The notes beneath the pieces are model-generated. The model saw only the letters and a program-made list of their open reading frames with translations. It had not been told where the DNA came from and searched no databases. Positions 51,011-61,778 of a stretch of 64,000 nt of DNA are shown piece after piece (the stretch's first letter is position 1; every line of letters starts with the position of its first letter). Both the position numbers and the translations under genes were made by a program. Location: contig JAAOMT010000295.1 of assembly GCA_016748015.1 (NCBI GenBank), positions 620,001-684,000 of the forward strand. Direction: 5' to 3'. The stretch comes from Geosiphon pyriformis uo1. Its lineage: Eukaryota; Fungi; Glomeromycota.

Positions 51011-52549
51011 ATGGGTGATTATTTATATCTGTCACAACAATCAGAAAAACACTTTAAAGCACACAACAAAAATAATCTGGACTTTATTAAACTTAATTTT
51101 TTGCCCTTCTGCTTGATTTGCTTCCCCATTGAAAAACAATCCAGCAGACAATTCCAAGATTTTTGGAACTGGTTCCTGAACAAGTATTCAGCTGAAACCT
51201 ACACAGCTTATACAATCTATTATTTTGACCAAGCTTATTTTGAAGACAACTTTAAAGAAAAAAACAACAGTATCAATCAGCTCTTATATTCTACAATTTT
51301 TGAACAACAGCCCCCTGATTTCGAATATCTGAATCATTAAATCCACATTTGGATTGCTGTCTATTAAGCAACTGAAACTCTCTTTGAAACAGAAAAAGAA
51401 AACTACCAAACTGCTTCTGTTTTTGACTTTTTATCAAGCTAATCAGATTCATCCACACAAACAGTTACTCTTGAACCAATAGCTAATGATCTCATGTAAC
51501 AAAACATTCTGATCACCCTCTAAGGCATACAAACTGTTCTAGAGCAAAGAAACAATACCCCACTACCATTATTCAGAGGTGATGCACAAGATTCAATCAA
51601 ATAGTTGAATAACTTTGAAAGAGTGACCACAGCCAATTAATATAATAATGAATACAAGTTTCAAATTGTTAGTGGCTATCTTCAAGGCTCTTCTGCTACT
51701 TGGTTCTCACAAAAAACCAATGCCAATGCTCAGCAAAAAATTATTAGATGGATATCAGCAAATACTAAAGAAGACAACATCTTTTTCACTACCCAGTTTG
51801 AAATGAAATTTAGAACTCCTATTTTAATATTCAAATAGCATATGGAATTAGAAAAAAAAACTCAAGACCCTGGTAAGGTTGTGACAAAATATGCCAAAGC
51901 AATAAAAAAATTCATTAAATGGGTAGACTCTGAAAGAAATTGGACAGAAGAGCAAAAAATACATTTTTTTACAAAAGGACTAAGAACTGATCTATCATAT
52001 GCTCTTTGGCCTCTTCTGGCCTTGAAAAATAATTCCACAATGGATATGGCCATTGAACTTGCCCAGAAAATAGAAGATAACCAAAGAATGCATCTGGAAT
52101 TCCCTTTTCTAGTTTTTGTTTCTGCATCTATTATGGCTTTTGCTTCACAAATAGCTGCTATTTCTTTTGCTGTCCAAACTCAAGATCCAAATAAACAATT
52201 AATAGATAGGCTTACAGCAAATCTTGTCTGACTATTAGAACCTTTGGTCTAAGCAGTTAAAGAGAATCAACAAACCCAAAGATCCAGATTTGAACTCCAC
52301 TTCAATTAGTCCCAACAACCATCATATCAAAGACAGCAAAATCATGACCCATCTGTGTGCTATTTCTATGGACTAATTAGACACTTCTCAAGAGACTGCA
52401 ACAATTTTCCATTGTCTCCACCAGCTCCTAGAAATAATGACACTCAGAATAACAGACCCAACAGTAATAATGTTCTCAATCAAAGACCCAATTATGCTAA
52501 CATCAATTTTTTTGGAGAGGATCCCCTAGTTGAAGCCATTGTTTATTAG
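51011..52549 (+). pseudogene. B3 gag
   Basis: Retrotransposon-gag-like segments (FRGDAQD.., QKIHFFTKGLRTDL) and decayed knuckle CYFYGLIRHFSRDC. Confidence 0.85.
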
Positions 52550-52551
52550 CT

Positions 52552-55240
52552 TTTAAACTGGTAGGCACATCTCCAAAAAGTGAGAGTGCAAGCCAACCAA
52601 AAGAAAACCTCTTTTATGCTTTTAATCTAACTGATGATAATTATGATATGGATGAACTGGCAATCAACACCTTTGACTTAACAAGAAAGAAGAAGAAAGC
52701 CAAGATTGATTTCGTTCTAAATCCCAACAAAGCCTCAACTTCTGTTACTGACAACAATAAGTCATCAAAGGCTAAAGTTTTTAAAAATCTTTTAAAATTG
52801 GAACTCCCAGAAATTGTACAAAAATCTGAACCTTTTTCTGTTGTTAAAGATCTTATAGAAACCCCAGTACACATTACATTTGGCCAACTAATAACCCATC
52901 CACAGTTCAAAAAAAATCTTTGCAAATCCTTAATACCAAAGAAGAAGACACCAAAAACCAACAAACACTCTTGTCAAGCTGAACTTGCTAACAACAGCAA
53001 TGTTACTCTTCTGATTTGTAAAGCCCAAGTGGCTGGCTACTTCATTAATTTAATTTTAGACAGTGAATTATCTGTCAATGTAATTGCCAAACACTTTCTG
53101 GAAGCCATTAAAAGAAAAATTGATGAACCTTCTACTTGGCCTATGATCAATATACATGGTAATAAAAAGAAAGATTTGGGTATAGCCAAAGCTGTTCTTG
53201 TTTGCATCAATAATATTAGCATTAAAACAGATATGAAAGTATCTAAAGCAAAAAAGTATATCATCATTGTTGGTAATGAGTGGCTTAAGAAAGCCAAAGC
53301 ACTACTTGATTATAAACTGTGTGAGCTAACCATCAGATGTAGTAAAAAACCTATTGTGGTTAAATACTGTTATTGAACAACTTCTTTAACAACCAAACAG
53401 AACCAAGAAGAAGAACAATCAGATAAATCAGATAATGATGAGAGCAATGATGAAGATCAAAAAGAACCAGAAAAAACTGCTGAATTTGCCTATATCATTT
53501 TCACCAGTAATGGCAAACCACTGGGCAATGTTAAAGCTAACAAAGAAGAAATCATGGTAAATGGCAAGCTGATCTGCTGGTTTTACTATAATATCCTTAA
53601 AAAAACCTTTGACAAAAAACCTGGCAAAAAAGCCAAATACAGTTATTAGTGATATGGTCCTTGTGCATGGTGCTGGTGTAATAAACTTTTGTATTTACCA
53701 AGTAATGAATGCAAATCCTGCCTGATCTATTACAAAGATTGGGAACCAATTAGCTTAATACCTTGAGAAGAACTTAAAGAAGTACAAAAGTCCTTTGAGA
53801 ATAAACCACCTGAAATCCAATCATTAGTTATAGAACAAAGAGAACCTTCCCCTAAAAAAAAAAATGGACATTGAAAATCTGTTGGCTAAAAATAGCCCAG
53901 TTATTTCAAAAAAAGGTAACACCTCTGGATGAACTCATGTAATACAACACACCATCACTACAAAAGAAACTTATTTCATCCATTTGAAGCCTTATTAATC
54001 CAATCAATGCAATAATGAATTTATCAAGAAAGAAATAAACCAGATGAAAGATCTTGGATTCATACAAAAAACCAAAAGTGAATGGGCTTTCCAAGTTGTA
54101 GTAGTATTCAAGAAAGGTAGAACTCTACACTTCTGTGTTGACTACTGCCAATTAAATACCATCACTATAAAAGATATGTGTCCACTTCCCAAAATTGATC
54201 CAATGCTAGATAAATTCAATGGTGTTGCTTTTTTTTTAACCATTGACTTAACTGCTGGATTCTGGCAAGTAGAGATGAATCCAGAAAGCAAAAAGAAAAC
54301 TGTCTTTATCATTAAATATAGCACCTATGAATTCACAGTCATGCTTTTTGGTCTTACCAATGCTCCTCCCACTTTTCAATGCCTAATGGATAAAGTGTTT
54401 AAATCAGTAAAAAAAAACTTTGTTCTGGTTTACTTGGATGACATAATGGTATATTCAAAAACCTGGGATGAACATCTTGAACATTTACAGAAGGTTTTTG
54501 ATCTGCTTAAAAATGCTGACCTTAAGATCAATCTAATCAAATTTTTCTTTGGATGCCAATCCACTCAGTTCCTTGGTCATCTTATTACAAAAAATGGAAT
54601 CTTTTTTGACCCAGCTAAAGTTGAAAAAGTTCAGAACATTAGACAATCAATGAATATTCCTAAACTACACTCTTTTCTTGGTTTGGTCTCTTACTATCAC
54701 AAATTTATCAAGAATTTCTCCAAAATTGCTTTTTCTTTCAATCAACTACTCAGAAAAAATGTCAATTATCACTGGGGCACTCATCAACAAAAAGCTTTTA
54801 AATTTTTGAAGGAAAAACTTGTTACTGAACCAATTTTCAAGCAATTTAATCTGGACCAATCTTTTATCTTTCACACTGATACATCTGGCTATAGACTTGG
54901 TGCTGTTCTTTCACAGAAAGATGAAAATGGCAGAAAACATGTCATAGCATATGCCAGTAAATCTCTCACACCAGCAGAAAAAAACTATTCAGTTACTGAA
55001 CAAGAATGTCTAGTAGTAGTTTGGGCTACTAGCTACTGGAATCAATATCTTCTTGGTGCAAAATTCTTAGTGGTAACAAATCATCAAGCCTTGGTTTAGC
55101 TGCACAATAAAAAGAAGCTGGAACACAAACAAATAACTTACTGGATACTTCACTTGAATGAATTCGACTATAATATTCAATACTGCAAAGAAGCAAATTA
55201 TCAAAACACCAACACTCTCTCTAGACTTACTATCTAGTAA
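52552..55240 (+). pseudogene. B3 pol (PR, acidic/Cys-rich linker, RT, RNase H) in the -1 frame relative to gag
   Basis: LILDSELS, HFCVDYCQLN, FGLTNAPPTFQ, VYLDD, HTDTSGYRLGAVL; ends LSRLTI followed by stops. Confidence 0.9.
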
Positions 55241-55304
55241 TAGTACAATCTCTCAAACCAAACCAACTTAATTATTAGTAACTCCTTCACAAACAAACAC
55301 AATA

Positions 55305-56617
55305 ATGGACTTGGACAACTACTCTGTCTTAATGGAATTTTTGTATAAAAGACAATACCCACCAGAATACACTTGATAGCAAAGAGAACATTTGCACAAA
55401 CAATCAAATTTTTATTTGATCTGCCAGAACCAATTATATAAAAGAAACAAAAAAAATCCTAACTGCCCCCAAAGAGTCATCAGATTTGAAGAAAAAAAAA
55501 TTGTAATATACAACATGCATACTGACTCATTAACTAGACACTTTAGAAAAACAAAAACAATTTATAAAACTTTAACTCACTATTATTGGCCTACCTTGGG
55601 AAAAAACATTGCTGAATACATCAAAACCTGTAACATCTGCCAGAGAAGAGGCAAACCCAATTGCAAAAAAATATCCATCTAATTTCTGTTGGTTAACTAT
55701 TTGACAGAATTAATATAGATGTTGTTAAACATTTAACAATAACTTCTGATGGCAATAGATACATTATTACAGTTATTGACTATCTTACAAAGTAGATAGA
55801 AACAAGAGCCACTTCAGACCAAACAGCAGTCTCAATAGCCAATTTCATTTATGAAGATATTATTTGCCATTATGGCTGCTCCAAAGAACTTTTATCTGAT
55901 AGAAGAAGAGCTTTTCTCAGTACATTAGTTGAAGTACTTTGCAAGAAAATGGGAATATGTTACAAACTTTCCTCCCCTTATCACTTCCAAACAAATGGCC
56001 TAGTTGAACATTTTAATAGAACATTATGTAAAACTTTAGCCAAAACCAGTGAAGAAACAAACTTATAAAACAAAGTACTGTTTTTAGCTTTGTTTGCTTA
56101 TAGAACTGTGAATCATGACATAACAAGTTATGAACTTTTTTATTTGCTCTATAGATACATGACAACACCACCAATAAAAACTGACATTGAAACAATACTC
56201 ATTGAAGAAATCACAATAGGAAATTACAAAAATATTTTGCAAAGAAGACTTGGTATTATTCTTGACTTCTTAATAGAAGCACAAATAATTGTTTTTGAAA
56301 AGATAAAACAGTTTTAAGAAAAGCTTAAGAAAAAAAAAATCTATAAAACACTTTTTTTAAGTGTTGGTAACTTAGTATTAGAATACCATTCAGACAGAGA
56401 CAATGTCTATGGTAATAAATTTTCTAGCTAATGAAAAGAATCCTATATAGTCAACAAAGTTTTAAACAATAACTCTTATATTCTTCAAGATCAATCTGGA
56501 ACAATCTTCAATGATCATCCTGTTCATGGTACATGACTCAAAAAATATTATAAACGACCTGATTGGCTGTCTGTTGTGGTAATACTGACCCAAATGATCA
56601 GCAAAAATCAAGTATAA
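55305..56617 (+). pseudogene. B3 integrase, separate ORF
   Basis: Own ATG (MDLDNY...), HTDSLTRHF...CNIC, DYLTK, TNGLVEHFN, FAYRT; +1 frame relative to RNase H. Confidence 0.85.
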
Positions 56618-56658
56618 ATAAATATACTATTTCCAAAACAGAGGTATCTTTAATTAAC

Positions 56659-57315
56659 ATGAACAATTATTTTCTGGATCAAAACATCCAAAACGTTTTC
56701 TATATTTTTCATAAGTATTGGATCAAAAACTACCCAAATACTACTCTGATCATTGGAAAACAGACCACCATAATTGATAACAGTAGAACACATACTGTTA
56801 TCAGACCAAAGAAAACTACTACCAGAAGAGAAAAAATTGGTAGTAAAATAGATAAATATCTGTTGGAAAGTATAACAGCAGCTATATTTCTACCTTCCAA
56901 CATAATTAGAAAAACACTCCAAGAAATTTTACTTATAGACAAAAACTTGTCATATGGAAGGCAATTAAAACTCTATGGTTACCTTGGTAAAATTATAAAG
57001 GATATGAAACTTATGAAAAAAACAACTTTAGAGATATAGGCAGAAATTTTGGACATTATATGGTTAAATGTTCCAAGAGTTTTAACTATTGCTAAAAGAG
57101 CCAAAACTCTAATACAAAGATTTGGTTTCTTGGATACAAAACTCATTTCACTTCAAATATTATATATCTTATCCACAAAAGATTTTAACAAACTAGTTAG
57201 CTTTTAGTTAGATAAAACTCTTCAAATAGATTACTCCATAAATAGCTTGATTTTACCAAAGCTCAATCTCTTTGGAGAGAATGATGTTATAATTGAAACT
57301 TATACTTCTTATTAA
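56659..57315 (+). pseudogene. B3 accessory ORF (~218 aa, unknown function) running across the PPT into the 3' LTR
   Basis: Same frame recognisable in four B copies (track ORFs 39167-39382, 41728-42090, 56563-57039; remnant at ~16700-17300). Confidence 0.7.
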
Positions 57316-57377
57316 TTATCACATGTATTAGCCACTAATGTCATATAAATTAGCCACTCTATTTTTAAAAAGTAATT

Positions 57378-57445
57378 ATTGACCTGATCAATGATCTGAT
57401 CATTGATCTGATCATTGGCTTAGTTGTTAATCTGATCATTGACCA
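57378..57445 (+). repeat. 12-bp tandem array (TGACCTGATCAT-like) in LTR-B, variable copy number
   Basis: Present in every B LTR (~20530-20620, 39695-39775, 44790-44860, 49165-49250, 50375-50430; short version at 41555-41580). Confidence 0.85.
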
Positions 57446-60400
57446 CTTTTGATAGCTATATAAGTGATAAATTTTTTAGCTATAAAAATGTATATTAGAA
57501 ATTAAGAAAATCAAATAAATAAAATAACAACTTTCATCTCAATCATTCTTTTATTGCTAATTTCCCTTTCTCTATCTTCAAGTATCTAAACATTTTGGAA
57601 TAAAAGATTACTTGTTGGTTATTTTTTTGCCTTTTTCCTGAAACGTATAATTGCAGCATTTGAAGATTATTGAATAAAACATGATTAAAGAGTACATCTA
57701 ATATCTGATATTGAATTTTAAGAGCACCAACATGAGGCATAGAATTATACCAGTGTGTAATCATTTGTTGACAGTATAGACTATCTCTCTATCTTCAAAT
57801 TCCCCAGTTATTTTTGAAAAGTATAGTGACTGAGATATTTTATGAAACTGATCTCACACATTGAATCTATACTTATTTAATTCGCTCTTTAAAGTTGAAT
57901 TCTCTTTGATTATTTGCATCACTCTACAATCCTGTTCTCTTTTGCTATCTATTAGCTTGTTATTTCAACTCATAACAGTATTAGAAGCAAAAAAAGTAGT
58001 CAATTAAATTTAAACAAATATTCAGACAAGTAATTAAAAATATCTTTTTCTTTACAAATAGTTATTATTACTTAAAGTAAAATTATATTAAATAAAATTA
58101 CCCAATTTAAATTATTCACTTTATGTTATCATATACTGATTAAAACTTTTATCAAATTACACTTTATTTATAATTAATGCTGATAAAATCCGATTTTTAA
58201 TTACACTGAAACAATAGTTTTTGATTATAGCTATTGATAGAATACTAATTTCTTATTTTTTTTTATTTTTTTATTTTTATTTTTTATTTTTTTGTTGTTT
58301 ACTAATTGATTAAAAAAATTAAGTGCTAAGATATTAACATTAAAAATAGCTTGGTAAAAGATCCATAAAACAAAAATAATGAACTCAAAAAAAAGATAGC
58401 TTATCAGAAAGGCATAACTGCCAGATTAAACCAATTATTATACTAGAAAAAAAATTCATCAAAGAAATCATTAGTTAAATCTCTGTTTATTATACAAAAA
58501 ACTTAATTAAAACCTTCAAATACTCAAAAATCTTCAAAAATTACTATTATTAACAGCTATTAAGCACCAAGTTACAGATTTGTTATTTATTTTAACATCT
58601 CAAATAATTATTTGTAACATTTAGTATTTTCTGTAAAATATAATTTAACAAAAAACAAGTATTATTAACAATCATTCAAAAAAGTAGCAGACCAAAAAAT
58701 TATAGAAGAAAATTACTTAAAATTTACAAAACTCTTATTTTAATATTACCAAACTTATTTTAGACTAACAAATATGTCACAAATTCTAATCAATTTATTT
58801 ACAAACTACATAGCAGTCTGTTATAACAAATACATTCAATGTATTCAAATATTCTCCAAAATACAATTATATACATCAGAGATTTTGAATTGGCAGAATT
58901 CAAAACCAATTATGTCCAAGTCATAAATTTAGTCATAAATAGATTATCTGAATTAGATTTTAAGCTAAAACAATTTAGTAATTCTATTAACCAGAAATTA
59001 GAGAGATACTTAGCTAATAATCAAACAATTTATTAGCTTTTTTAATGTTACAGCAATTCAGAAAATTCCAATTGCTTTTAAAATCTATTACATTTATTAT
59101 CATTATTATCAAATCAATAGTGACAACAAAAAACACATAATTGTTACCATTGTAATAAAAAAAATTATCTAAAAACAGATTGCTACTTTAGATTTAATAA
59201 CCAACAATTAAAAAATCAATACCAAAATCTTAATCACAGATTTTAATTCCAGAATTATGCCAACAATTTGTTATTAGAATTATATTCATATCAGCCACAT
59301 TACTCCCAAATAATATAACAACCAATATACTTATTTTCAGTATATTAAATTTTAATATTAGTAATATATCAGCTATAGCCACAAATTATTTATTAATTCT
59401 AACAAATTCAAATACTGTCACAAAACTTAACTTATATGTTAACTAAAAACCAAAAACCAAGAATCACATACACTTAACAAAATTAGAGATCAGTAATAGT
59501 TATACACCAATCAATTTTTAGTTTCTCAAACCAGCTATCAAGATCATGCCAATAGAGTTTGAGAAATAGATACATTCAAAACCTGAATTTGCAGAATTAT
59601 TTAAGTTTTTTGGTTATCCAAGAAAACAACTCATTTAACAACTTGGAAACTAACCCAATACTATTTATTAACAACAGTCTATTAGCAATAGTTACCAAAG
59701 ACAAATTATTTGCAGCCATTTTTTTTTTGAATTAGAAGAATCTTTAACAATACTTTTTTTTAGTGGAGTTATCCTTAATACCAAACAATTATTACTATAT
59801 ATACTAATACTAAAATTAATAACTACTCTATTAAATTAATTCTTAATAATGAATTAGCAGATAATATTATCACATGACAACTTATAGACCAATTAAGTTG
59901 CTAAGTTAATTAAGCTATCAGCACCAGAATTATTATAGCTAATAGAATAATAAAAACTTTTATTGATAAAATCAATAACTTTTCTTTCAAAATTAATAGT
60001 ATTATTACACCAATTAAAGTTTTGATAATAAAAGCCACACAATATCAAGTTTTTATTAGTAATAACTGACTGTTCAAGACCAATGCTATATTTGACTGAA
60101 CTATATTAAAGCTACAGCTTAATCAAAATAGTTAGCAAACTTAGATACCAGCTATTTACAGCCATTTCAAAACAAATACCACCATTCAATTACTACTAAT
60201 TGAGTTCAAAAAAAAATAAACAAACCTATTTGGAAAGTTTATTAAGTTTTGTAGACTAAAGATAATCACAATAAGCTACCATTAATACTTTTTTGAAATA
60301 ACAAGAGAAAAAAAAAGAGAATAAATTACAAGCCATCATTTCTACAGAAGAAATAAATAACAGTTAACATGTTTTATACTCATTGGAACCAAAAAAAAAC

Positions 60401-61778
60401 CACTTTACTACCAAGATTTAATACTTATTCAAAAAGAACAAGAGCAACATTTAGAATAATTAAACACTAAACTTTGTAAATATTGCCTAATTCTAGGTAA
60501 ATTTGAATATTATAATAATTATAACTTTATTTACAATTTGCTATCACATATAATTTATTTAATTTCTGAAGAAAAAAACCAATCAGTGAGTATGCTTCAG
60601 AATTAGAATCAAAATTCAATCACAATTTAGACTTTGATAATAATGATAACAATAATTCCAATATTATTCACTATAGCAATAATAATAACAATAATTTAAA
60701 CTCCAATTATAATTCTAAACAATATATTGTACTTCCAGATCTTTCAAAAAAGCAGGAACTTAAATGATTTAGCAATAATGATAAAAATATCATATCAAAA
60801 CATGTGTATAATACTAATGCAAAGTTTGATCTTAGATATCTCAAAAAAACTGCCATCAGATTGAAATTTTACTTACATATTAGTATAGATTTAAAAAATT
60901 TAGAAGATTTCAATAAAGCTTAATATTAAAAAAAAAATAATGTTACTTATAAAAATTAAAAATTATAACAATAAGTAAAATAACCAATCAGAAATAAACA
61001 TAGTAAAAAGAGAAATTCTGGAATTTCTCTTAAGAAATTGTAAGATTTTAGAATTTTTTTTAAAAAAATTAAAGGATTTCAAAGAATTTTATATAACATA
61101 AATTATATATATATATAGTGAGAGTATTAAAAGCAGAAAAAGTATTCAATTTAGAATTCAAGAGAAAATTCAATTTAATTTAGAATAACAATACTCTTTT
61201 CTTTAAAAGATAGTTTTTTATAACTTAAAATAGAAGCATTTTTATATTAATAAAATTATCTATTATTATCAAATCTATGTTATTATCATTTGATTAAAGA
61301 AATATTAATCTATTTTACTCTATTAACATTTCATATTAATAGAATTTAATACTTAACTATACTAGAATAATAGATCTTAAATATGACTATTAACAAGATA
61401 TTAATTTTTTATTTTTTATTATTTTTTTTTATTATTTTTTTTCTTTTGTTTCGTTTTTTTGTTGTTTATTAATTGAGAAAAAAGATTAAGTACTAAATAA
61501 TTAATATCAAAAATAGTCTAATAAAAAACTCAGAAACAAGAGTAAAAACTTAAAAATAGCTTATCAAAAAAACATAACTGCCAGAATAAACCAGCCATCA
61601 TGCTAAAGAAAAAAATTCATAAAAAAATTCATTAATTAAATATCTGTTTATTATACAAAAAACTTAACCAAAACCTTTAAACTCCAAAAATATTAGAAAT
61701 TACCAATATTTCTAGCTATTGAGCATTAAGTTACAAGTTTGTTATTTGTTTCAACACCTTAAATAATCATCTATAATA

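Larger units (their letters stand above)
50282..57977 (+). mobile_element. Full-length family-B Gypsy element B3 (~7.7 kb; LTRs 50282-50958 and 57285-57977; PBS 50965-50981)
   Basis: TSD GTAT at 50278-50281 and 57978-57981; inserted just downstream of the TATA-like run of LTR-D. Confidence 0.94.
50086..61778 (+). mobile_element. Family-D internally deleted Gypsy (5' LTR 50086-58619, interrupted by B3; gag-PR-partial dUTPase 58620-60910; 3' LTR 60941-61778); flanks do not match
   Basis: Decayed PBS at ~58620; protease remnant at ~59800-60100; dUTPase motif 1 (NTNAKFDLRY, ~60810) followed within ~100 bp by PPT-like sequence and the LTR. Confidence 0.75.
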
